A stretch of 41,107 bases of DNA, from positions 1 through 41,107 of the forward strand of contig JAUQYZ020000173.1 in NCBI GenBank assembly GCA_030587475.2, written 5' to 3'. The notes beneath the pieces were generated by a model that did no database searches, had not been told where the DNA came from, and worked only from the letters and a program-made list of their open reading frames with translations. This DNA comes from Candidatus Sigynarchaeum calidifontis (GTDB taxonomy: Archaea > Asgardarchaeota > Lokiarchaeia > Sigyniarchaeales > Sigyniarchaeaceae). The stretch's first letter is position 1. Every line of letters begins with the position of its first letter. Positions 18,861 through 29,745 of the stretch are shown here, piece after piece. A program made the translations under genes and the position numbers.

Positions 18861-18906
18861 TGAGGATGTAGGGATCTAATCGGAAATTAGATAAAAAAAA
18901 GAGTTT

Positions 18907-19875
18907 TCAATACGTGTTCTTCAAGAACAAGAAGATTCCGATGATGAGGAGTGCCGGGGCGACGCAATAGTACAAGTCGAGGAAGAAATCATTCGAGAAC
19001 CACGTACTTGCCGAGATGATCAGTGATTCCCCGTCGATGATCGAGGCGACCCCGATGAACAAGATAGCAATCAAGATCATTATGGCTTTCCGACGTAGTT
19101 CCGCCGTGCCCTTGGCTGCCAAATAAACGTAGAGGATGGCAATCATTGCGGTGAGTGCCGGCGAGGAGAGATATGACAGCAAAAGGGCCATATTTTGACT
19201 CAAGAGACCGAGAACCGCTAGGAAGTTCAAGAGAGTCATGACGAGCCCGAAGATCGAGATGATGTGGTGTGTCCTTGTTATCAAGTAACTTTCCAGCGCG
19301 AGGATCATGCACGTGAGCCCGAAACATGCGAAGAAGTATCCCATCACGACGAAGAAGTTGTAGCTATCCCGGACTAGTTCAGGGAAATCCGGATTCGGAT
19401 CCGGATACCATCCAATAACGTACACGATCAAGAGTATTGCCACGATCGTGAACACGTGCCTGGCCTTGCTACTCGAATATTTCTCGACAACGATGGCCAT
19501 GAAGACAAGCCCGATGCAGGAAATGACATAGCCCGCCACGACGAAGGAATTAATAGGCACACCATTAGCGATGTAACCAAATATCATCAGGTTGCTAGGA
19601 TCCGACCGGTCGGATGCGATCCATAGTTCTGAATGGAACCACACGGCGACAATAAAGAAGATCCTGCACAACGCGTAGAAGATTGCAAAGAGCGCATAAC
19701 CAACCTTGATTTTTCTCGCGCTCTCGATTTCATTTTCCTTTCTTATAAACAAGATGCCCGCCACCACGAAAAACGTGATGATCGAGACCAGCTCGACTAT
19801 GAAGTTCAACTCGTGGTAATAAATACCGGGCGTACACACCCCCGTATCCTCATCACATGGGAGGCCAAGAAGCAT
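18907..19875 (-). CDS. Polytopic membrane protein (~9 TM) of unknown function
   Basis: About nine hydrophobic segments and an internal two-helix repeat. Confidence 0.8.
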   Translation of the reverse strand: MLLGLPCDEDTGVCTPGIYYHELNFIVELVSIITFFVVAGILFIRKENEIESARKIKVGYALFAIFYALCRIFFIVAVWFHSELWIASDRSDPSNLMIFGYIANGVPINSFVVAGYVISCIGLVFMAIVVEKYSSSKARHVFTIVAILLIVYVIGWYPDPNPDFPELVRDSYNFFVVMGYFFACFGLTCMILALESYLITRTHHIISIFGLVMTLLNFLAVLGLLSQNMALLLSYLSSPALTAMIAILYVYLAAKGTAELRRKAIMILIAILFIGVASIIDGESLIISASTWFSNDFFLDLYYCVAPALLIIGIFLFLKNTY

Positions 19876-20266
19876 TTTCGATCACGAACGAAAGATTCTC
19901 ATTCAAATGTCAATTTCCTTATAGTGTTCTATTCAAACCTATTAAAAGGTTCTCGCTATTCTCCCACGAAAAGAAAGCATTGCACTTAACGCTGGTGAAT
20001 CTCTCCGAGCATGTTTCGATTGCAGAGATTCTATTTCATGCATGATTGTTCAAGGTAACATTTACTCGGATTTTTATCACGCGTGAATCATGATACTTTT
20101 TTATCATTTCGAAAACATCATTTGTATCAAATTACCGAAAGCAACGTGTGCATGCGTGTTCATGGCCATCCCAACTAGCCAAAATTCATTTGTCAATTAA
20201 TGGTTTTGGCAAGACAAGGAAAAGAATGCAATAAAAAGGGAGAATTACCTTCGGTTCGTGTTTCCA

Positions 20267-22945
20267 TTACTTTTTCTCCGCGCCGGTCTCGATCGCGGCG
20301 TGCGCCGCGGCCACGCGTGCGGCGATGATGCGGAAGGGCGAGCAAGAGACATAATCCAACCCGCATTTTTGCAAGAAAAGGATCGATTGCGGGTCGCCAC
20401 CGACTTCTCCGCAGATGCCGACCTTCAAGTACCCGCCCTTTGCCTCGCGGGCCTTGCGCCCCTCCTCGGTAGATATCTTGATCAACCGGCCGACGCCCGG
20501 TTCATCTACGTGCTCGAAGGGATTTTCATCCAAAATGGGTGGCTTCAACTCGTCGAGGTATTTAAGCAAGAATTTTCCCTCGACGTCGTCTCGGCTGAAA
20601 CCAAAGGTAGCTTGTGTGAGATCATTCGTGCCGAACGAGAAAAATTCCGCATGCTCGGCGATCTTGTCGGATGTTAAGGCCGCACGCGGCAGCTCGATCA
20701 TCGTGCCCCATAAAATCTTGTTTTTGGGAACATGGCCCGCGAGCACCTTGTCCGCTTCCGGCTTGAGCAAGTCGTACAGGCGCTTGTACTCGTTCACGTG
20801 CGAGACGAGGGGGAACATGATCTCGAGTTTCACATCGATGCCTTTATTTTCTGCTTCGATCAAAGCCTCCATGAGTGCTGCCACTTGCATCTTGTAGATT
20901 TCCGGGTTCGTGTTGCCGAGGCGAACGCCCCGGTGGCCGAGCATCGCGTTTTCCTCCTTGAGTTCCTCGTATTTCTTTATCCACATGTCGAGCTCGGCAT
21001 ACCGCTTGCTTTTCGTCTCGCCCTTGATGCGCAATTCCGTGAACTCGACGAGCATGTCCCTGTAGTTTGGAAGGAACTCGTGCAAGGGGGGATCAAGGAG
21101 CCTGATCGTGGTAGGCTTGCCGTTCATGACCTTGAAGATCTCGACGAAATCTCCCTTTTGTAATGGCTTGAGCGCGTTGAGCGCGGCCTCGCGCTCCTCG
21201 AGATTATTTGCCTTGATCATGTCAAGCACTTTTGGGAGCCGGTCCGCCGCGTTGAACATGCGCTCCGTCCGGCATAGGCCAATGCCCTCGGCACCGTTCT
21301 TGAGAGCATCTTGCGCCATCTTCGGGGTGTCGGCATTGGCACGTACACCCATGGTGCGATACTTGTCGCATAGCTTGAGGTACTCGGCGAAATCACCGCT
21401 GATTTCGGGTTCAATGACATCTACAGCCCCGACGAAAACATTTCCGCTCATGCCGTCGATTGAAATGATGTCCCCCTCCTTGAACACGACCTCGTCGCCA
21501 CAAGCGCAAATACCTTCATCCTCGTCAATGGTAAGGTCGCCAGCACCAACGATCGCGGGCAAGCCTATGCCCCTGGCAACAACCGCCGCGTGGCAAGTCT
21601 TTCCTCCTCGTGATGTCAAGATGCCGATCGAGGCGATCATGCCCGGGAAGTCCTCCGGTTTAGTTTCCTTGCGGACGAGAATGACCTTTTTACCCGCCTT
21701 TTTCGCCTCGATCGCCTTTTCTTTCGAGAACACCGCAGCGCCGGAAACGACGCCAGGTGAGGCGTTGTATCCTTTCGAGATGGGTTTTTTCTTCTCCTTG
21801 GGAGAGATGCGCTTGTTGAGCAGCTCGTCGATCTTGGCAGGTTCGACACGCGTGATTGCAGTTTTTTCGTCGATTATACCTTCTCGGAGCATGTCCATGG
21901 CGATTTTAATAGCCGACGCAGCAGTTCGCTTCCCATTTCGGGTCTGTAAAAAGTAGAGCTTACCGTCCTCGACCGTAAACTCGCAATCTTGCATGTCCTT
22001 ATAGTTTGCCTCGAGCTTATTTGCGAGATCGTGGATTTGCTTGTAAAGATCCGGCTTTGTCTTTTTGAGCTCTTCGATCGGGGTAGGGGTGCGCACGCCC
22101 GCGACCACGTCTTCGCCTTGTGCATTCTCCAGAAACTCGCCCGTGAGCTTTTTCTCGCCATCCATGGGGGATCGTGTGAAAAGCACGCCTGTTCCTGAAT
22201 TCTCGTTCAAGTTTCCAAAAACCATTTGCTGCACATTGACTGCCGTGCCATAGTTGGGAATCTTGTTCATGTTTAGGTAAGCAACAGCTCGGTCGCCATC
22301 CCAAGACTAGAAGACAGCGTTGATCGCGGCATACAATTGCTCGAAGGGGTCTTGCGGGAAATCTTTCTTGACGAGCTCCTTGTACTTGGCGAGGAATTGC
22401 GCGGAGAGTTCCTTCAAATCGTCGGCGTTGAGGTCCAGGTCTTTTTTAGCACCCCTCTTGGCCTTCATTGCATCCATGAGATTGTCGTAGGGCTCTCGGC
22501 CCGTGCCCATGACAATGTCCGAGAAGGACATGATGAACCGGCGCCACGAATCCCACGCAAATCGGGGGTTTTTCTTCGCCATCGCCTCGGCAATCTTCGC
22601 GTTCAGACCGAGATTGAGAACCGTGTCCATCATACCGGGCATGCTGTCGGGCGCGCCTGAACGAACCGAAACAAGAAGCGGATTGGTGGCATCGCCAAAC
22701 TTGCGACCACTTCTCTTCTCTAACTTTGCAATGCTTTCATTGACTTGCTCTTTCAAGCCAGCTGGCCAACCTTGCTGGGCGGACGTGCTGAGCTTGCAAG
22801 GGATGGTAAAGCCATACGGGACCGGCAGCCCCATCTGGGTCATCTGGGCGAGACCAGCGCCTTTTCCGCCGTAGGTCAGTTTCATGTCCTTCAGCGTCTT
22901 TTCCGGGCGGGGGTCATCGAACATGAAAACCATTTTGTCAGTCAT
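20267..22945 (-). CDS. ppdK: Pyruvate phosphate dikinase with one in-frame TAG at 22307-22309 (recoded or nonsense allele)
   Basis: GGKGAGL, SVRSGA, MPGMMDTVLNLG ... AINAVF*SWDGDRAVAYLNMNKIP ... VQQMVFGN, QGEDVVAG, GGKTCHAAVVARG, GLCRTE, SFGTNDLTQ, GICGE. The two ORFs are in one frame, separated only by TAG plus 12 sense codons. Confidence 0.95.
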
Positions 22946-23135
22946 GATGTTTCATCTAACCGGCAATCATTTCGCGTGGAGTACTTGGCATCGCAAGGCA
23001 ACCGATGCAAAAAGACTGGAATCACGAGTTTTCATGAATGAATGCGTTTTAAGGTTCTAGGTAAAAATTGCAACTAATCGATCGCAACTTGTTGCCGAAA
23101 TTGAACGTGAAAGAGAAATAAGGGGAGGAAAAAAA

Positions 23136-26100
23136 TCAACGCGCGAACTTCAAGGTAACCTTGCCGATTATGCCTTGTGGCTTGATATTTGTCTGGAGCA
23201 TATTCTGGGCGATCCCATAATACACGAGCTCGATGGTATTCTTGCCGGGTTTCACGAGGGACGAGACATCAATGTCCCAGTTCCACCAGCAAACCCCGGC
23301 CAGCTTCCCATTCACCTTGACCTCGATGCAATCCGTCGTGCCCGCGATGGAAAGGATTGCTTTTTTATCCTTGAGGTCATCGGGAACCGTGATGTCCTGC
23401 AAATAGGATAGCCCCCCATGGTACCGCGGAAACCCTTGCGGGGCGAGATCGCCGGTCGAAACGTGTCCACTAACCTTCATGAGCGTCGGGACGGGGGCAT
23501 CGTCGGTCTCGAAATTGCCGATCAAGCGCCACGGGTCGGTCACGAGATGAAACGTGGAATGACCACTCGTGTTGCACGTCATCTTGACGACATTCTTGCC
23601 CTCGGCAATATTGCTCGAGATATCAGCCACGATCCAATATGCATCGAGGTATTCACGCTCGAAGTCGAAATGAACCGGCACTTTCTTGCCGTTCACCTCG
23701 ATAGAGACATTACCGGGAAACTTGAAATGCGCCCGGTCGCCACCCCGCGGCATGTCGATCGTGTCCTTGCACCAGCCGTAATCCCCAGCGATGCCCTCGA
23801 TCACGAGCTTGACTGGCTTGATGGCATCCACGTCCTTCACGATGAACTCGTGCCAGAACGCCCGTTCACCGCGATATCCCCATGCTTTACCGGCCTCCAC
23901 CTTGTACGAAGAATGCCAGTCCTGGTACAGCATTGCACCATTTGGGGAATTGAGTTTCACGTTCCAGGTCGAGCCAAGATCGATGATCTTCGTGATATCA
24001 ATGGCCGGCGGTGCTTCAAGTGCCTTCGATTTCGCCGTTTTCGAGGGCGTGATCGCGAACAAGTAGGACTGGTTCGGCGGGAAATCGAGCATCATGGTTG
24101 TCTTGCCATTAACGACGCCGTGTGACGTGAAGGGCTTGATCTCGCCCGTGAGGGTGTCCCAAAGCTCCACTTTCTCCGGTTGGACATTAAGCACGACCTT
24201 GATGCCAGAATAGGACGAATCCCTGCCCGTGTTCGGGATAAAGAAGAATTCCTTCCCATCGATCCTCTTGTGGGTGACCATGATGTACGCGGCGTGGACT
24301 TGTCTCGCCTCGTCTCTCCAGGCAATAGCGCCGCGAGAGTCGAGCGGAAGGAGCTTGCGGCAACATTGCTCGAACAACGGATAATATGGCCCCGCGAATG
24401 GCAACTTGTTCGCTGGCGTCTTGATGAGGATCGCTTGGCCGCCTGCCTGGTTCGCGTGCTCGATGGCTTCTATCGTCTTGATCTTGTCCCGCGCGATGTC
24501 CGCCGCGAGAGCGAATGGATCGATCCCGAATATTTCCTTGAAGATGCTCGCCACTTCCGTCGATTCTCCCGTGTTCTCTTCCTTGTATGGCAAGCTGTAA
24601 GTAGCGAGAATCTTGCCCCCAGCATCGTAGAATTTCTTGACGAACCTGGCAAATTCAACGTTCACGCACGTCGTGGCGCCGAGAAGCAGCAACTTGAACG
24701 ACTGGTCCTTGATCTTGATCTCCTTGCCGGCAATCGCGCCTTTCAGTATCATTTCCTCCGATGCGATCTCGAAATCGAGCTGCTGGCGGAAGATACAGTC
24801 GGCATTGTGGGTCATGAAGTGCCCGATGGCCTCTGCCATGTTCGATGTCGTGGGCATCATCTCCGCGTGGAATGACTTCGCGGGATAGAACATCAAAACA
24901 TCTGCCACGAGCGTTCCCGAGTGCGCGTTCAGTACCGTGCACAAGCGGCCACAATGGTCGGCGAGTAGCTTCCAGTGGGGGTAGTACGGCTGGTAATTGA
25001 AGGCAGCAGGGTGGTCGCCCTTCCGGTACGAGTCCTCGGAGATGTTGAACGAGTGCGGGACGAACAAGTCGCAACCCGTGGCAACGAGGTAGTCGGTCAC
25101 GCGCTTGGCGCTGGCCATCGTGATGTCCCACGACGAGGTGCCGTACGCCTCGACGAGCACGCGGGGCTTGCCGAGCAAGTGGGCTGCGCTGCTGGCGAAC
25201 TTGCTAGCGAGGAGCATCTCGTTTGCCATGCCCGTGTATGGGTTCTTGTCGATATTCCAGAAATTCTCGATGTGATCGGGACGCACGTCCTCGGTGAGCT
25301 GGTCCACGCCGCCATAATGCATGTATTGGAAAACCTTGAAAAAGTCGCCGTGGTTCTTGATGTGCGAGGGGAAGCTGCCCTCGGAGTTGATGTGCCCCGT
25401 GGTTCGCCATTTGATGGTATCGCAGAACTCGTAGATCTGCTTGTAGAACGCGTTGACATACATGTCAATCGCGCACGCCCAGTAGTGGCACCGGTGCTTC
25501 GCGGCCACGGCTCCCGTGTCGTGAACGAGCGACACGAGGATCTGGGTGAATGGATAGCCGAACATCTCCTGGAAGCGCACGGGCATCGCAGGGGTGAACG
25601 TGACCCACGGCAGCATGTTGACGCCCGGTATGCTCATGTGGGACATGCTTGGTTCGTCGGTGAAGATGCCGGGGACGACCGTGCCGAGATAGTCTTTCTT
25701 GCCTCGCTCGATGAAATAATCCGCGTATTTCTTGTGCGTGAAATCGATGAATTCCTTGACGGTTTCCTTGCGCAAGATGTCGATGTAGCCGTTCAAGTTC
25801 GAGTCGGGCGGGTTCACGATCATGGCAAAGAACAGCACGCACCACTCCCCCGCCGGGACATCCCAGGTGAAGATGCTGCCTTTCACGTTCGCCGTAACGT
25901 CTTGCTGCTTGTCGATGACCTTGGAAAAATCCGGGTATTCGGCCGGGTTCGGCACAGCGATTGCCGCGACGAATTCCGTTTCAGGCGAGATTTGCTTGAA
26001 ATCGAGCTTGTATTCGGCCTTCTTGCCCCCCTCAAAGACTTCCTCGTCGAACATCACGAGAAATTTTCCACGGTTCTCTTTTCGGTAGGGCCCGGTGATG

Positions 26101-26414
26101 TACCCACCCGCGGGGCCACTCGGCCAGTTGTCCTCGTCGTAGAGGAAGCAAGGCATGTCGAGTTCCTTGCACTTGTCAGCAGCCGCTTCGACGTTTTCCA
26201 GCCACCGGCGGCCCATGTAGGGCGTGAGCCTGCCATGGCGCGGGTGTATGAATTCTCCGCCGATGCCGTGGTCAAAATGATCTTGAATTTGACGTATTAC
26301 TTCTTTTTCAACCATCTCGTGATTCCAGAACCAGAAAGGAGCCATGCGATGAGAGTTTGGTGGATTTTTGAACGCTTTTTCTAAAGGACCTGTAATTTTC
26401 TCCATCTGCACCAT
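23136..26414 (-). CDS. Large glycoside hydrolase, GH106 (alpha-L-rhamnosidase)-like with GH2-type sugar-binding domain
   Basis: PFWFWN, LYDEDNWPSG, GIFTDEP, KFASSAAH...VEAYG, C-terminal EVKVNGK...LVKPGKNTIEL. Confidence 0.85.
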   Translation of the reverse strand: MVQMEKITGPLEKAFKNPPNSHRMAPFWFWNHEMVEKEVIRQIQDHFDHGIGGEFIHPRHGRLTPYMGRRWLENVEAAADKCKELDMPCFLYDEDNWPSGPAGGYITGPYRKENRGKFLVMFDEEVFEGGKKAEYKLDFKQISPETEFVAAIAVPNPAEYPDFSKVIDKQQDVTANVKGSIFTWDVPAGEWCVLFFAMIVNPPDSNLNGYIDILRKETVKEFIDFTHKKYADYFIERGKKDYLGTVVPGIFTDEPSMSHMSIPGVNMLPWVTFTPAMPVRFQEMFGYPFTQILVSLVHDTGAVAAKHRCHYWACAIDMYVNAFYKQIYEFCDTIKWRTTGHINSEGSFPSHIKNHGDFFKVFQYMHYGGVDQLTEDVRPDHIENFWNIDKNPYTGMANEMLLASKFASSAAHLLGKPRVLVEAYGTSSWDITMASAKRVTDYLVATGCDLFVPHSFNISEDSYRKGDHPAAFNYQPYYPHWKLLADHCGRLCTVLNAHSGTLVADVLMFYPAKSFHAEMMPTTSNMAEAIGHFMTHNADCIFRQQLDFEIASEEMILKGAIAGKEIKIKDQSFKLLLLGATTCVNVEFARFVKKFYDAGGKILATYSLPYKEENTGESTEVASIFKEIFGIDPFALAADIARDKIKTIEAIEHANQAGGQAILIKTPANKLPFAGPYYPLFEQCCRKLLPLDSRGAIAWRDEARQVHAAYIMVTHKRIDGKEFFFIPNTGRDSSYSGIKVVLNVQPEKVELWDTLTGEIKPFTSHGVVNGKTTMMLDFPPNQSYLFAITPSKTAKSKALEAPPAIDITKIIDLGSTWNVKLNSPNGAMLYQDWHSSYKVEAGKAWGYRGERAFWHEFIVKDVDAIKPVKLVIEGIAGDYGWCKDTIDMPRGGDRAHFKFPGNVSIEVNGKKVPVHFDFEREYLDAYWIVADISSNIAEGKNVVKMTCNTSGHSTFHLVTDPWRLIGNFETDDAPVPTLMKVSGHVSTGDLAPQGFPRYHGGLSYLQDITVPDDLKDKKAILSIAGTTDCIEVKVNGKLAGVCWWNWDIDVSSLVKPGKNTIELVYYGIAQNMLQTNIKPQGIIGKVTLKFAR

Positions 26415-26480
26415 GATGCATCGATATCGATTGGCGCGGTATCGCAAAAAAGGATATAGTACAAAATGAAAAGGGGGTGC

Positions 26481-26700
26481 TCAGAGGCTGGCAAGACGCT
26501 TGATGATGCCCTCCGCCTCGGCCATGATCCGGTCGAAAAGCGTTTTGACCGGGATGATGTCCTTGGCCAGGCCGACGCTCTGGCTGCAAGCCATGACACC
26601 AGCAGTGAGGTCTCCCTCGTCGTACATTTTTTTTAACCTGGTTCCTGCCGCCGCGTCGAAAATCTCGTTCATCCCGCTCTTGGCTTGCTCCAGCTCCATG
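26481..26700 (-). pseudogene. C-terminal fragment of a nitronate monooxygenase/FabK-family flavoenzyme
   Basis: EGDLTAGVMACSQSVGLAKDIIPVKTLFDRIMAEAE matches the NMO/FabK C-terminus; the N-terminal TIM barrel is absent. Confidence 0.75.
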
Positions 26701-26776
26701 ACCCGCAGGATCCATACCCCCGCTGCTGGGCAAAGCACCGGATCTCTATAACCCTAAAAAAATAAGGGGAAAGAAA

Positions 26777-26816
26777 ACTACCTTCGACCAATTGGGCACT
26801 ACCTTCGACCAATTGG
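26777..26816. repeat. 19-bp direct repeat actaccttcgaccaattgg x2 (period 21), each with palindrome ccaattgg
   Basis: Exact copies at 26777-26795 and 26798-26816. Confidence 0.9.
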
Positions 26817-26940
26817 TTTGCCCAAATTCAATTAATCACGTGAAGACCATTACCACGTGTTACTTGTTCGAAAAATAAGCAATGCTGAATCTCATGTCCA
26901 TTTTTTTATCAAGTTAAAAAAAAAGCAAAGAATGGAGAAA

Positions 26941-29745
26941 TTAGAAACCGGTTTTTCGGCGTTGTTTCTTGATCTTTACCTTGATCGCTTTGATGCTGAA
27001 CGCGGAACCGACTATTACCAAACCAGAACCGATCACGGCCATAATAGTTAGGTTGATGTCCCAGGGGGTTCCTTGAGGCACATCCTCAGGTAACACCCGC
27101 ACTTGGACGCTGGCAATGGCCATGTCCCCGTCCGCGTCGACAACGATACAAATAATCGTGTAATTGCCTGGGATCAAAAACTTCAAGGTAATGAAGGTCG
27201 TGTTTGGTTGGCTCGCTCCTGGCCATGAAATGTTGAAGGGTGCATTACCACAAATCCACGTGTAGTTGAAGGGCGCATTGCCACCGATAAACGTGCAGTC
27301 GAAAGTTATCGATTGGCCGATAACGATCAATGTAGCGTTCGCGGTGAGCGAGACGCTATGCAAGACGTTCGAGACCGTCATGTACCCTTCTTTCTTGCAT
27401 GTCATGATAGTGCCATCGTCATCGATGACGGTCAGCGTGATCGTGTACGTGCCGTTGCTCGTGAATTGATGATATGGATGTGGCTCTGTCGCATTCGGTT
27501 TGCCGTCGCCGAAATTCCATTGATACGAGACGGGGACGTCTCCAGATCCAGCATAGACGAATTGCACCGAATCCCACTCGTCGATTGTCGTGGTCGTCAC
27601 GTTAAAGTCGGGTACGGGCGGAATGTCGATTATACTGATGAAATCACGTTTCCGTTCGATCGAAACGGCACCAAGATTGTCCATGACAACAAGCGTGACC
27701 GTATAAACACCTGGTGCCGTGTAGACATGCGCCGGGTTCATCAACGTGGAATTCGCCGTTCCATCGCCGAAGTCCCATTCCCTCGCGGTGATGATTCCAT
27801 CGAGGTCGGTTGACGTGTCGGTGAACTGCACAGAATTGCCTTCTAACGAAATTGTTGGCGTGGCAGTAAAGTTAGCGACGGGGGCCAGGTTCGCGATGAT
27901 GGTCATGTAATCATTCCTTTGCAGCGTGGCCATTGCCCCATCGTCATCTTCGACTGCAAGTGTTATCGTGTAATTGCCGGCGGCGTCGTATACATGCGTA
28001 GGATTTTTCAGCGTCGAATTCGGGCTCCCGTCACCGAAATTCCAATTCCAGCCCACGATTGTACCATCATCGTCGATCGACAGGTCAGTGAAGTCGATGG
28101 CCTGCCCAATCGATGCGGTCGTCATCGAGGCGACAAAGTTCACTGTAGGTGCTTGGTTATTCGAAACCCGTACATGATCGACCTTGGTTTCCGTGTCCGT
28201 CGCGAGATTTGCGTCTGTGACAGTTAATGAGACCGTATAGATGCCCGCGGTGGTATACACGTGCGTCGGATTCAATTCGGACGATGCCGGGCTGCCATCG
28301 CCGAAATCCCACGTTAAAGTGCTCGGGATCGCGCCCAGGTTGCCGGTAAACGTGAACTGCACCGCGCTGCCCGGGTGCACGTTGGTCGGCGTTGCGGTGA
28401 AGTCGGCGATCGGCGTGGGCACGATGAACGTTGACGAAAAATAGATGTCGGCGCTTCCATCCCATGCAATGGCAAGCTCATTAACCCCGCGTGCACCTAT
28501 CGCGGGAGCCGTACCCGATTCTACCGGGCTTGCCGGGATTCCGGTGGTGGGGGCCCATACCCTCGTCGTCCCGTTGCAGAACCGGTAATAGAGCGTGTTG
28601 TTGGAGCTATACACGACGTGCAAGTTCCGGCTAGTGTCGAGCACGGAAGAAAAACCGCCAAGACCAGGGCCAGGAAACAAAAAGCCAAATACCTCGTACG
28701 CGTACGTTCCCAACCATTTGTTCGTGGCCTTGTCGTATGTTTTCACGTATAGTCCTTGACCAGTAAAAGGAGACAAGAACCCAATTTCCCGGAACACGAC
28801 AAACATGTTTCCGATGCTGTCTACATGGATTTGCGGCTCGTAATCAAAAACTTGGTCCGCGCCGGACCCGTGGAATTGGATTTTCGTAGACCACGTGCCA
28901 GACCCGACGGGCTTGAACCTGTATGAGATGACTTGATTCGGCGGCCATCCCATGAAGAATGGTTCACCATAGTCCGCGTATGCAAGACGGAGAACGTTTG
29001 TACTGTCGATGCAGATGGATGGCTGTGAAGCATCTTTCGTGGATTCCGACGTGACGATTGAAGCAGCATTCCACGTGCCCGTGGTCGAGTTTTTCATTTT
29101 ATAGAAGATGTCGAGCACGTTATCGTTGTGTCCTGCATAATTCGTGAGATCATCCCATGCGACGTGAATGTTGCCACTCGCATCGATTGCGATCGACGGG
29201 TTTCTCGAGTCGGCCGTGCTCTCCGAAGAGACGACCTCCGGGTCGGACCACGTGCCGGTCACGCGATCCCGAACCTTGTAGATGATGTCGTAGTCCGTTC
29301 CCGATCCCGCGATGTCCGAGTTGTCTTCCCAGGCCACGTGCACGTTGCCCGTGGCGTCGACGGCGAGGCTCGGGTAGTCGGAATCGCCCGGGCTGCCCGT
29401 GGAGACCACCTCGATCGTGCTCCATTGGCTTGTCATCATGTTCCACGACTTGTAATAGATGTCCGGGTCCGAGCCCGCGCCATCTAGCCCCGAATTATCA
29501 ACCCAGGCAACATGCACGTTCCCGGCAGCATCGACGACCATGGCCGGGCGACACGCGCTGCCCGGTGTCGATGTCGACAAGATCTCTGCGGGGGTCCATG
29601 CTGCTGATGTTTTTATGCTGTTCTGTGAGACTTGCGTGCTCGTTCTTGGCACCATGTTCCCCGTCATCATTGCTATCATCATGATACCGAGCAAGATGAC
29701 TGCCATGGCTGGTGCGATGCTTTTCCGTTCGTTCAACGTGGTCAA
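26941..29745 (-). CDS. Cell-surface protein: signal peptide, beta-propeller-like repeats, 5 PKD domains, C-terminal TM anchor
   Basis: Repeats PSLAVDATGNVHVAW...DIYYK; four W[DN]FGDG PKD units plus one degenerate unit; TM followed by KKQRRK. Confidence 0.92.
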   Translation of the reverse strand: MTTLNERKSIAPAMAVILLGIMMIAMMTGNMVPRTSTQVSQNSIKTSAAWTPAEILSTSTPGSACRPAMVVDAAGNVHVAWVDNSGLDGAGSDPDIYYKSWNMMTSQWSTIEVVSTGSPGDSDYPSLAVDATGNVHVAWEDNSDIAGSGTDYDIIYKVRDRVTGTWSDPEVVSSESTADSRNPSIAIDASGNIHVAWDDLTNYAGHNDNVLDIFYKMKNSTTGTWNAASIVTSESTKDASQPSICIDSTNVLRLAYADYGEPFFMGWPPNQVISYRFKPVGSGTWSTKIQFHGSGADQVFDYEPQIHVDSIGNMFVVFREIGFLSPFTGQGLYVKTYDKATNKWLGTYAYEVFGFLFPGPGLGGFSSVLDTSRNLHVVYSSNNTLYYRFCNGTTRVWAPTTGIPASPVESGTAPAIGARGVNELAIAWDGSADIYFSSTFIVPTPIADFTATPTNVHPGSAVQFTFTGNLGAIPSTLTWDFGDGSPASSELNPTHVYTTAGIYTVSLTVTDANLATDTETKVDHVRVSNNQAPTVNFVASMTTASIGQAIDFTDLSIDDDGTIVGWNWNFGDGSPNSTLKNPTHVYDAAGNYTITLAVEDDDGAMATLQRNDYMTIIANLAPVANFTATPTISLEGNSVQFTDTSTDLDGIITAREWDFGDGTANSTLMNPAHVYTAPGVYTVTLVVMDNLGAVSIERKRDFISIIDIPPVPDFNVTTTTIDEWDSVQFVYAGSGDVPVSYQWNFGDGKPNATEPHPYHQFTSNGTYTITLTVIDDDGTIMTCKKEGYMTVSNVLHSVSLTANATLIVIGQSITFDCTFIGGNAPFNYTWICGNAPFNISWPGASQPNTTFITLKFLIPGNYTIICIVVDADGDMAIASVQVRVLPEDVPQGTPWDINLTIMAVIGSGLVIVGSAFSIKAIKVKIKKQRRKTGF

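Noticed and set aside
20267-22945. PPDK as a naturally split two-gene enzyme
   Set aside because: The break is mid-domain and the 12 intervening codons retain conserved PPDK residues (SW..RA..Y).
24975-26384. Long antisense ORFs (469 aa here; also 9756..10832, 21108..21956, 30955..31965, 35332..36144)
   Set aside because: They are shadows of well-supported genes on the opposite strand, caused by GC/codon bias, and carry no motifs.
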